This document shows positions 40,436 through 49,007 of a DNA stretch of 64,000 nt, piece by piece. Below the pieces are notes generated by a model that did not search any database, had not been told where the DNA came from, and saw only the letters and a list, made by a program, of their open reading frames with translations. Positions within the stretch are counted from its first letter, which is position 1; each line of letters begins with the position of its first letter. This stretch comes from Verrucomicrobiia bacterium (GTDB lineage: Bacteria > Verrucomicrobiota > Verrucomicrobiia > Limisphaerales > UBA1319), in contig OY760937.1 of assembly GCA_963664225.1 (NCBI GenBank), forward strand, positions 2,656,001 through 2,720,000. Reading direction: 5' to 3'. The position numbers and the translations under genes are program-made.

Positions 40436-41773
40436 CTAAACATCCAACTTCCAACCATTACTCTTAGGTCGGTGAAGCATGCGGTTGGCATCGCTGTTTC
40501 CGATGCACTCTTCTCTCTTGGGATCCCATTTGAGCTTCTGCCCAAGCCGTCCTGCGGTTTCGGTCAGCATGCCAAGATAGGAGGCTTTGTGAGTGACATC
40601 CACATCGGAAACAGGATCCTTTCGGGAACGCACACATTCCAGGAAGTTGCCCACATGGTTCTGGGACTTGTAGAGATGCAGGTCTTCCGGGCGGAGCTTG
40701 ATTTCCAGGAGGGAATCCTCGGAGGCCACCAGGCCGGGATGACCGGCCCATTGGCGATCGACCCGCACCCAGCCTTTGTCGCCGATGAAACGGCAGCCGG
40801 TGGGCATTTTCTTCTGGTCCTTAAAGACCAGCTTCAAACCGCTGGCGTACGTGTAGGTCGCGTCCCACTCGTTTACGGTGTCGGTAAAGCCTTCGTTGCG
40901 CCACGTCACCCGGCTTTCGATTTCAAATGGTTCCCTGCCCAACTCCGGACAGCCCCACAAGGCGATATCGAGATGATGCACGCCCCAGTTCACCGTCCAG
41001 CCGCGGGAGTAGTCGGAGATCATGAACCAGTCCCCGCTGGTCCGGGCCGGATGATAGGGGCGCCGCTGGGCCGGACCCTGCCACATCTCCCAATCGAAGC
41101 CTGCGGGCACTGGCGCCGGGGGCTGAGGTTCGCGCGGGCCCTTGTAGCCGGCTGTGTACTTGGTCCCGTCGGTGGCCACCTCGACCGTGTGAATCTTGCC
41201 GAAATATCCGTTGCGGGCCAATTCGCAGGTAAAGCGGAAATCGCGGGCCGAACGCTGCCAGGTGCCGGCTTGGAAAACCCGCTGGTGCTTCCGCACAGCA
41301 GCGCGGATCGCCTGGCCGTCATCGAGAGAGACCCCCATCGGCTTCTCGCAATACATGTCCTTGCCGGCTTTCGCAGCCGCAGTCGCGATGAGGGAATGCC
41401 AATGGTCCTGCGTGGCAATCATCACGGCGTCAATATCCTTGCGCGCCAGTAACTCGCGCCAGTCGGCAATCATTGCGCAGCCTTGATCGGCATACTGGGC
41501 ATCCACACGTTCTTTGGCTTTTTGCCGCCTGCTCTCGCTCACATCGCAAATGGCGACGACCCGGCAGTCGGGCTGGCCCAGAAATGATTTCATGTTCTCC
41601 GTACCCATGCCCCCGACGCCAATGCAGCCGATCGTGATCTTGTTGCCCGGGGCGGTCTGGCCCTCCGCGCCGAAAACGGATGACGGTATGATGATGGGAA
41701 CGGCCATCGCTCCTGCGGCACAGGCTGCGGTGGACAGGAATTGGCGGCGGGTTGGGTGTGTGGAGTGGTTCAT
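40436..41773 (-). CDS. Gfo/Idh/MocA oxidoreductase with Tat signal
   Basis: TRRQFL, IGVGGMG, IATQDHWH, YCEKP, NWGVHHLD. Confidence 0.92.
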   Translation of the reverse strand: MNHSTHPTRRQFLSTAACAAGAMAVPIIIPSSVFGAEGQTAPGNKITIGCIGVGGMGTENMKSFLGQPDCRVVAICDVSESRRQKAKERVDAQYADQGCAMIADWRELLARKDIDAVMIATQDHWHSLIATAAAKAGKDMYCEKPMGVSLDDGQAIRAAVRKHQRVFQAGTWQRSARDFRFTCELARNGYFGKIHTVEVATDGTKYTAGYKGPREPQPPAPVPAGFDWEMWQGPAQRRPYHPARTSGDWFMISDYSRGWTVNWGVHHLDIALWGCPELGREPFEIESRVTWRNEGFTDTVNEWDATYTYASGLKLVFKDQKKMPTGCRFIGDKGWVRVDRQWAGHPGLVASEDSLLEIKLRPEDLHLYKSQNHVGNFLECVRSRKDPVSDVDVTHKASYLGMLTETAGRLGQKLKWDPKREECIGNSDANRMLHRPKSNGWKLDV

Positions 41774-41801
41774 TGAGCTTGGGTGAGTTTTGGTGTGGGT
41801 T

Positions 41802-44087
41802 TCATGGAGTAGTACCCGGTGCTTCACCGGCAATTAATATTCCACTGTCGTAAATGGCGAATCGCGGCAGGAGCGTGGCCCTCTCTCCCAGCGCCTCAGC
41901 GGACCAGTCATTCGCCGCGCTCCAGCCAGGCGCGGTGAGTCGCAGCTTCACAGTCCGGCTGGCCAGCTTCAGGCTGCCGGGATAGATTGCATCCCCGAGG
42001 AACGCTACTTCGACATAGGCCGTCTTGCCCGCCAGCAGCCTGGCTTCGCTGATCTTGGCTTGGTCAGCGCCGGTCAACGCAGTTTGAACCTGATCCGGTT
42101 GGGCGTTGCCATCGAGCGTGAAGAAGTAGCGAAAGCTGAGATTCCTGCTGTCGCGCGCCGGCCAGCGGCTGCGGTTCCACAGGGTTGCTTCGATCTCTGT
42201 CGCATCGGCGGCATTCCCGATCCGCTTCGCCACCACAAAGAACTCACGATCCGTGGACAAAAAGTCGAGCGAAAGGTCGCGCGTGGCTTTGGGCGGAAAC
42301 TCGCGGTCAGGAAGCACCGAACCGGCGCTCAGCCCTTGAGCGCAGAGCCAGGCGAGGCTCGCGGTGATGCCGGCGTTGTAGTCCAGCGCCACCTCGTTGA
42401 ACTGCGAATCCATAACGTCCTGAAACGGTTGATCAGCGTCATTCCACTGATAATCCTGCTTGCGCACCGGTTCGGCGCGGTTGGCGAATTGGTAGAAGAA
42501 ATCGTAATCCTTGGTGCCGGGCACAGGCAGCCAGCGCAGATGCTCCTTGCCGCACAGGAACACGTCGTTGTGATCCGGCCCGGCCACGAGTGCCCCGTAG
42601 AGGATGTGCCGTGATGTGTTACGGTCGTCGGCCTTGCCTTTGATGAAGTGTTCAAAGCCCGCCCACGCACCATAGGCGCCGCGGTGGTGGACGTTGTTGA
42701 AAGGCGCGTTGCCGAATCCCACGAGATAACTGCGTCCGTAGGGATTCGCGCCCAGCGCGTAGTCCACCGGACGCCGGGCCTCGAGCGTGAACAACTCTTT
42801 CAACTGCGCGTTGGACCTGTCACCCTTCCACCAGGTATTTCCCTGAAGCGGCGGCGACTTTTCGACGTGTTCGCTGTAGTAGAGCGCGATGACGGCGGCG
42901 TTGTTCGCGTGACGCAGGCTGCCGTATTCGTGCGCGAACCGCTCGCGCATCCGCAGTCCGCCTGGCGTCGCACCATACTTGGTGAAGGAAACACAGTAGA
43001 ACTGCAGTTCGTTATGGAACTTTTCCTCCCCCGGCGCCAGCCGCATCATGTTATACGCGCCCACCTTGCCAAAGCCACCCGCCCCGTAGTCCTTCCACCA
43101 ATCATGGTTATTCTCGGCCTTGTATTCCTTCTCATAAACCTCGTTGGCGAAATCGAACCACTTCGTCCCAAACTGCGGATTCTTCGCCAGATGCGCCCTC
43201 TGCAGGAACGTCGCCGCCGTGAACACCTTGTCGAATGGGTCCGAGCGGTAGCCGATCTCCACCACCTTGCCGTCGGCGCGCAAGGCCTCCCGCCGCTGTT
43301 TGCGGATCGCCTCCTGCTCCGCCTTCGGCAGTTTGTCGGTAACGACTGGCCCCGAGTTGGCGCGCGCAAAAAGTAAGAGCTTCTCCGCGCGGTCCAGCAG
43401 CAAGTCCGCAAATGCCGCACCGTTGAAGTCATCGTAACCCTGCTTCCCCTTCAGAGCGGTCGCATGCTCGCGGATGACCATGGATGACGCCGCCATGGCC
43501 GCGGCCATTGCCCCGGGGATGTCCCCGCCCCGCACCTGCTTGTTCAGGCGGAAGGTGGGGCGCTTGGTCATCAAGTGCGCGACCTCCGCCGGCGCCCACA
43601 TCGCATGAACATTGGGACTATCCACTCCTTCGCGCCCCCCGCAGCCAATGGCGACTTCCAGTTCGGTTGCCGGATCTTTGCTGTCCGGGTTGAGGACGCA
43701 CTTAAGGAAGTAGCGATTCACATGGATGAGGCTTTCCAGGAGTTCATCCATTTGCCCGGTCTTGAGCCAGCCATCGGGCTGTTCCATGGCCGACCAAGCC
43801 AGCGTCATCGCGGCAAAGCTCATCGTCAGGTTCGCGGTCCAGTGGTCTCCCGCGTCAAACCATCCGCCGCTCAAATCGCGCCCGATGTCCTGCCCGTCGG
43901 TGAGGCACGCCGGGCCGCGCCACACGACGCGGTTGTTGGGGGAAGGTGTGCCGGCCTGCTGGGCTTCGTAGAAATAGAGGCTTTTCTGAAGCGCCTCGGC
44001 GTAGTTGAAGCCACTTTCCGCTGAAGTGCCCGAGGACGCCAAAGCCAGAATCGCCGCAATTGAGCTGATGAGGAAAAGTCTTTTCAT
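41802..44087 (-). CDS. GH9 endoglucanase-like enzyme with C-terminal CBM3-like domain
   Basis: NYAEALQKSLYFYEAQ, LSGGWFDAGDH, RSYLVGFG, HHR, NEVALDYNAG; C-terminal NRSRWPAR...LSFRYFF...NDWS. Confidence 0.9.
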   Translation of the reverse strand: MKRLFLISSIAAILALASSGTSAESGFNYAEALQKSLYFYEAQQAGTPSPNNRVVWRGPACLTDGQDIGRDLSGGWFDAGDHWTANLTMSFAAMTLAWSAMEQPDGWLKTGQMDELLESLIHVNRYFLKCVLNPDSKDPATELEVAIGCGGREGVDSPNVHAMWAPAEVAHLMTKRPTFRLNKQVRGGDIPGAMAAAMAASSMVIREHATALKGKQGYDDFNGAAFADLLLDRAEKLLLFARANSGPVVTDKLPKAEQEAIRKQRREALRADGKVVEIGYRSDPFDKVFTAATFLQRAHLAKNPQFGTKWFDFANEVYEKEYKAENNHDWWKDYGAGGFGKVGAYNMMRLAPGEEKFHNELQFYCVSFTKYGATPGGLRMRERFAHEYGSLRHANNAAVIALYYSEHVEKSPPLQGNTWWKGDRSNAQLKELFTLEARRPVDYALGANPYGRSYLVGFGNAPFNNVHHRGAYGAWAGFEHFIKGKADDRNTSRHILYGALVAGPDHNDVFLCGKEHLRWLPVPGTKDYDFFYQFANRAEPVRKQDYQWNDADQPFQDVMDSQFNEVALDYNAGITASLAWLCAQGLSAGSVLPDREFPPKATRDLSLDFLSTDREFFVVAKRIGNAADATEIEATLWNRSRWPARDSRNLSFRYFFTLDGNAQPDQVQTALTGADQAKISEARLLAGKTAYVEVAFLGDAIYPGSLKLASRTVKLRLTAPGWSAANDWSAEALGERATLLPRFAIYDSGILIAGEAPGTTP

Positions 44088-44098
44088 GCGCTGCCGTT

Positions 44099-45256
44099 CT
44101 ATCTCGATTTGCCGAGGGGGAACACGATATTCCACGTGCGCGTGGCATCCTTCAGGTCCAGGCCGGGACCTTCCGCAGTGGCGCAGAAAAGGTGCGTCGG
44201 GACGCCATTCTCGATGAGGAGCTGCGGGCGTTCGAGAAATCCCTGCCGTGTGGTGCGGCCATCGCTCCAGCGGACCTGCCGAGTGTAAGCGAGCGTGGCG
44301 TGGTCGAAATCCCACTGGAGACCGTCCGCGCTCGTAACGTGTACTCCGGCAAATTTTTCACCGCAAATCTCCCCCGTCATATCCTTCATCAATGCCTGCA
44401 CGCGGCCGTCCTCATGCCAGAGGAACGGATCTTCGACGTGCGCAGGCTGGCCGCGGAAGAGCCAGGGCGTGGGTTGACGCTTCCACGGGCCGGTATAATG
44501 TGGCGCGTGTGCGACGCCGACCTGAAGGTTGCCAAGGTTCTCCTTGCGCGACTTGTAAGCGAGCAGGAACGAGCCGTCGGGCAGGGGACAAAGGGAGGGA
44601 TTGGTGGTGGCGATGGTATCCCACTCGCCCGGACGCGGTTCGAGGAGCGGGGTGTCGAGCCGTTTCCAGGGGCCGCGCACGCTCTTACTCGTGGCCAGGC
44701 CGATGCGTTTGCGTGCCCAGGTGGCGAGGTAACGCGGCGAGCGCCACACTTCGGGAGCCTGCGACGTCGGCGTGGGGCCGTCGTAGTTGGCGCCCATGTA
44801 GAGCAACAGAAACGTATCGCCCACCTTGCGGATATGGGGATTATGCGTGCTGCGGGCATCGAAGAAATCACCACCGCGCGGGGGTAACGCGATCTCGGCG
44901 AAGCGATAAGGGCCAGCGGGCGTGTCGGACTGGGCCCGCACAATCTCCGACATGAAGAGCCAATGCGGATGAAAGGGCACGGACTTCGGCACGCGCGACG
45001 CGAAGAGGTGGTATTTGCCATCCTCGCCGCGGATGGGCGCGCCGCACCAGACCCAATAATCAGGCAACTCGAATCCGCCGCCCACAACCGCAGGCTCAAG
45101 GCGCGAGAGGAAGGTCCGGGGTGCGGCCGGGGTGTCGCGCGGGACGCCCGAACTGGCGGCCCAGGCGCCCGATTGAAAAATCAGCGGAGCGGTCACGGTG
45201 GCCGCGCTGCAATGCGTGAGAAAGGCGCGCCGGTTCATGGTGTCAGTAAAGGTCAT
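44099..45256 (-). CDS. Tat-exported five-bladed beta-propeller glycoside hydrolase (GH43-like)
   Basis: NRRAFL, WVWCG...DGKYHLFASR, HNP, EDPFLW, ERPQLL. Confidence 0.78.
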   Translation of the reverse strand: MTFTDTMNRRAFLTHCSAATVTAPLIFQSGAWAASSGVPRDTPAAPRTFLSRLEPAVVGGGFELPDYWVWCGAPIRGEDGKYHLFASRVPKSVPFHPHWLFMSEIVRAQSDTPAGPYRFAEIALPPRGGDFFDARSTHNPHIRKVGDTFLLLYMGANYDGPTPTSQAPEVWRSPRYLATWARKRIGLATSKSVRGPWKRLDTPLLEPRPGEWDTIATTNPSLCPLPDGSFLLAYKSRKENLGNLQVGVAHAPHYTGPWKRQPTPWLFRGQPAHVEDPFLWHEDGRVQALMKDMTGEICGEKFAGVHVTSADGLQWDFDHATLAYTRQVRWSDGRTTRQGFLERPQLLIENGVPTHLFCATAEGPGLDLKDATRTWNIVFPLGKSR

Positions 45257-45688
45257 GGTTTGAACTCCCGGATTCGCAGGTTCTTGAACTGCACCTTCAT
45301 CGGCGGGCCAGTGTGCACCTGGACGGCAAGCAGGCCTGAGAGGGCGCGCCTTGGGTCGTTGTCGCGCACTTCGCTCATCACAACATCGTTGATACGAAGA
45401 ACGACCAAATTATTACGCACGATGACATGGTATTCATTCCAGTCGTTATCCCGGACATCCTTAATCAGTTGCTTCGGGTCACCCACGGTGCCGGCATCTT
45501 TGCACTCCCCTTTTTCAGTGTAGAGGACTTTGCGGCCGCGTTCAGCCAGCTTTTCGCGCAGGAGGTATTCCATCACCACGCCCGTCCACACGTGGTCAGC
45601 GGACATGTCCGCCTGCACTCCGACAAGTGCCTCCGCCTTGCTGCCGGGCGCGCGTTCCTTGCTGTGAAAATAGATGCCGGAGTTCCCT
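45253..45688 (-). pseudogene. 3' fragment (DUF1080) of the ThuA-DUF1080 gene split by IS110
   Basis: GNSGIY, QAD, DWNEY, GLLAVQVH, VQFKNLRI are DUF1080 motifs; joins the 5' fragment in frame when the IS is removed. Confidence 0.9.
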
Positions 45689-45718
45689 TGTATCTGATTT
45701 TCCATCTATTCTTGTTTT

Positions 45719-45921
45719 GTTTGAAAAGACGGAATAGATGGAACTGTCCTGCCGCCTGCAGGCGGCAGGACAGTGGCGCGAACGAGCTCGCCATTCCCTG
45801 GCATTGGTTTACAGCCAAATGCGTCGGGAGCCAGAGCCGTTCGTGTCTGTGTCCTAAACTCGAACCGTTGCTTGAGCGGCCTACCAAGTCCTGCTCGTAT
45901 TTACAAGAAAGAGCCAGAACA
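45719..45921 (+). ncRNA. Predicted IS110 bridge RNA (ends approximate)
   Basis: 5' hairpin, then two stem-enclosed internal loops containing CCATTCCCT/CGGGAG (target-like) and ACCGTTGCT/TACAAG (donor-matching) segments. Confidence 0.8.
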
Positions 45922-45923
45922 CT

Positions 45924-46850
45924 ATGACCACTATCTACGCTGGCTTGGATATTGCCAAGCTGAGTCTTGATCTCCACCTGGCCGGTCGTTCCCACGATCT
46001 GCCCAATACCGCCGCCGGTCATCGCCAGCTCGTCGGACTCCTGGCGCAGCATCCGGGCGCTCACGTCATCTGTGAAGCCACGGGCGGCTATGAGCGTGAG
46101 GTGGCTGACGCCCTCCATCATGCCAGCATTCCTGTCAGCATCATCAATCCCGCCCGCGTCCGGCATTTCGCCCGCGCCCAGGGACAACGGGCCAAAACCG
46201 ACCGTATTGATGCCGCTGTCCTCTCCGCCTATGGGCAGGCCTTTGCCCCCAAACCCACGCCGGCGCGTTCCGAGGTGGAGGTGCAGTTGACCGAACTGGT
46301 TCGTCGCCGCAACCAGGTCCTTGAACTGCTCTTTGCCCAACGCAATCAGGCCGAACGCCTCACGCTGCCCAAGTTGCGCCGCCAGGCCCAGAGCTTGGTG
46401 CATCGTTTGGAGCGGGATGTGCAGGGAATCGAAACCCAACTCAAAGCGCTGCGCCAGAAAACCACAGAATTGGATGAGCGCGCAAAGAAACTCGAGGCTA
46501 TTACTGGGGTGGGCACAATTACCGCCTTGGCTGTTTTGGCTGAGCTGCCCGAGCTGGGCACGCTCAATCGGGGGCAGGCCGCCGCCTTGGCCGGACTGGC
46601 TCCACATCCCCGAGAAAGCGGGCAGTGGCAAGGCCGTCGCTCCATCGGTGGCGGAAGAGCCGCCGTTAGACGTGCCCTCTACATGGCTGCCATGGTCGCT
46701 GCGCGCTGCAATCGCCAACTCAAGGAGTTCTACAAACGACTCCGATCGGCGGGCAAGCCCGCCAAAGTCGCGTTCACCGCCGTCATGCGCAAACTCATTG
46801 TTCTGATGAACCAAATCCTCAAAAATCCACATTTTGAACTCTCAAATTAA
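45924..46850 (+). CDS. IS110-family DEDD recombinase/transposase
   Basis: GLDIAK, CEATG, KTDRIDA (DEDD), ITGVG, AGLAP-RESG (Ser), RRALYM, AVMRKL; intact 308 aa. Confidence 0.95.
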   Translation: MTTIYAGLDIAKLSLDLHLAGRSHDLPNTAAGHRQLVGLLAQHPGAHVICEATGGYEREVADALHHASIPVSIINPARVRHFARAQGQRAKTDRIDAAVLSAYGQAFAPKPTPARSEVEVQLTELVRRRNQVLELLFAQRNQAERLTLPKLRRQAQSLVHRLERDVQGIETQLKALRQKTTELDERAKKLEAITGVGTITALAVLAELPELGTLNRGQAAALAGLAPHPRESGQWQGRRSIGGGRAAVRRALYMAAMVAARCNRQLKEFYKRLRSAGKPAKVAFTAVMRKLIVLMNQILKNPHFELSN

Positions 46851-46861
46851 ATACCGTTGCT

Positions 46862-47973
46862 CCCTGCAGCTTATAGCAGCACTTGAGGTCAAACTCCGCT
46901 GGCTCTCCGTTGGTCCAGATAAGGAAGTTGTTCTCCGGGATGCCACCTTGTGGGGTAATGCCGGTGATGCAGCCACCCTGCACCGACCAATAGTTCGTGT
47001 CGCCACGCCAGCCACGGAGGTCCGTGCCATTGAATATGGGGACGAAACCCTTTTCCAAATCCGTCTTCGGCTGCGGCACCGGCTTTGTGTCTGCGGCCAA
47101 ATCGCCCAGTGCAAATTGCACCCCGTCCTGCAAAAGCCGAAGGAATGCAGGGTTGCTGAATGCACTCCTGTTGTGGCCGAGGGCTGAGTAAAAGCTGCGC
47201 CCATTTCCGCAACTTTGAATCCACGCCAGCGGATAGTCCTTGTCCGGGCGCTGGCCTTTATCCGCGGTCTCGCTCAGGTCGAGGCTGACCAGCACGCGCA
47301 CCTTTTCGCGGGCATACGGCGGCTCGAATTGAAACAGTTCATCCCGCCAGGGGAGTGGCAGCGCGCTCTTCCCGCCCCATGAGGCATTGAGCGGATGCGT
47401 TGGGTCTTCGACGCGAATGCTGGCGGGCTCCGACTCCCACGGGTGGTTGCGGAACCGCCCGCCGATGAGTTGGCGGAACTCCGCCTCCGTCGGATTGGCC
47501 GGGTCTTTTTCCCACACGCTCGCGCTGTGAATGCCGATAATTCCCTTGCCTCCGTGCACGAAATCAACGAGTGCCCGCATCCTGGCCTCCTCGGTCTCCG
47601 GCGGACCGAAGACGGTGAGCATGGTGTTGTTCATCACCACGGCATCAAATTCCCGCAACCGCACTGGCGTGAAGACGCTGGCATCGACGCTGGTGGTTGT
47701 CGTAAACGCGCCCGTCTTTTCCCCCATCAATTCCAAAGCGCGCGTGGCCCATGCGATGGCTTCGTCGTGGTAAGTCCCGCGAGTGAAGTTGTAGATGAGC
47801 AGGCGGTGCGCGTGGGCGGGCTTCGCCGTGGCATCGCCAGGGAGCTTCTGTCGCAAAAGTGCCACGTCCGCTTTAGTCAATTTTGGAAGTGCTCTTTCGG
47901 GATCAGCCCATAACGTGGATGGGGCAAGGCAGGTGGACAAATACAGCAGCAGCGTTGGAATCTTCATTGTCAT
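46862..47973 (-). pseudogene. 5' fragment of the ThuA-DUF1080 gene (signal peptide, ThuA domain, start of DUF1080)
   Basis: GKGIIGIHSA, DELFQF, GRSFYSALGH (ThuA); then PIFNGTDLRGW...FDLK. The ATG overlaps the GntR stop (ATGA). Confidence 0.88.
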
Positions 47974-48671
47974 GGTTTGGTAATTACAGAACGGCCAATG
48001 GAGGAGCCTGATTTTGAGCCACGTGAACGGTGCTGCTCCTTTTGCAGGAATTCGACGAGATGGTTCGAATGCGAAGCAAGAAAAGTCGAGGCGAGTTCTG
48101 AATTCCCACGGTCCAGCGCCTCCGCAATCGGCAGATGTTCGAGCGCAATCGCCACCGGGTCGGCGCTTTTCAGATAATCCATCGTAAACCGCGTGCGAAT
48201 TTGGAAGAACAGGGAGTCCCATATTTTCAACAGGACACTGTTGCCTGAAGCCTCGACAATGGCTCGATGGAAAGTCTGGTTATGTTCCTGAAAAGTCGCA
48301 AAATCCCCGCCCCGGGCTGCTTCCACGATGGATTCGGCTGCCTTTCGAAGCGTCTGGCAATGATGCTTTAATCGTAGCACCCCCTGTTTTGCGGCAAGCG
48401 CTTCAAGTGCCGCGCGCACTTGGAACGCCTCAATGGTTTCAGATGGGCTCGGATGTCGAACCGATGCGCCTTTGTTGTTCTGCGCTTCGAGGACGCCCAT
48501 GGCGACCAGTTCGCGAATGGCTTCACGAACCGGGGTGGCGCTGATGGCAAACTCCTTCACCAGCGTGATCTCCACCACACGTCGACCGGGCGGCAGATCG
48601 CCCCGGGCGATGCGGTCCAGCAGAGTGTCACGGATGAACTCGCGAAGCGACTTAAGGTGTGGCATGGGCAT
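47970..48671 (-). CDS. GntR-family regulator (FCD domain)
   Basis: ISATPVREAIREL HTH, RAALE, FHRAI...SGN, EH. Confidence 0.93.
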   Translation of the reverse strand: MPMPHLKSLREFIRDTLLDRIARGDLPPGRRVVEITLVKEFAISATPVREAIRELVAMGVLEAQNNKGASVRHPSPSETIEAFQVRAALEALAAKQGVLRLKHHCQTLRKAAESIVEAARGGDFATFQEHNQTFHRAIVEASGNSVLLKIWDSLFFQIRTRFTMDYLKSADPVAIALEHLPIAEALDRGNSELASTFLASHSNHLVEFLQKEQHRSRGSKSGSSIGRSVITKP

Positions 48672-48727
48672 AAGTCCTCAAACGAACGCCCTCACGTTGG
48701 TGCTTTCAGATGGAACAGGATTCATAA

Positions 48728-48755
48728 TTTAATGGATTATATATAATCCATTAAA
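48728..48755. promoter_or_regulatory. Perfect 28-bp palindrome, candidate GntR operator
   Basis: TTTAATGGATTATATATAATCCATTAAA equals its own reverse complement; about 56 nt upstream of the gntR start. Confidence 0.7.
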
Positions 48756-49007
48756 AGACGAGGTCAATTCGAAAAATTGTCATCCTAAAATCCCCATCTG
48801 AACCGCATTCCGGCCAGCCACAGAGCATCCGTTTTGGTGAGGATTTTGGTTTGATGAATGAGATGCCATGGCTTTGTTCTTTGATCTGTTCCATGTTAAA
48901 TACTGCCGATTGTGTTTCTGTTTTGGCTTTTCGTTTGCCTGCCTCCCTTTGAACGGGAGTCCTTTCCAGATGCGCCCGCATCAAGGACTGGAATTTGGAG
49001 GGCAAAC

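Larger units (their letters stand above)
45689..46861 (+). mobile_element. IS110-family element (1173 bp) with CT core
   Basis: CT at 45687-45688 and 46860-46861; removing 45689-46861 restores K-L-Q-G-G-N-S-G. No terminal inverted repeats, long left non-coding end, very short right end. Confidence 0.93.
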
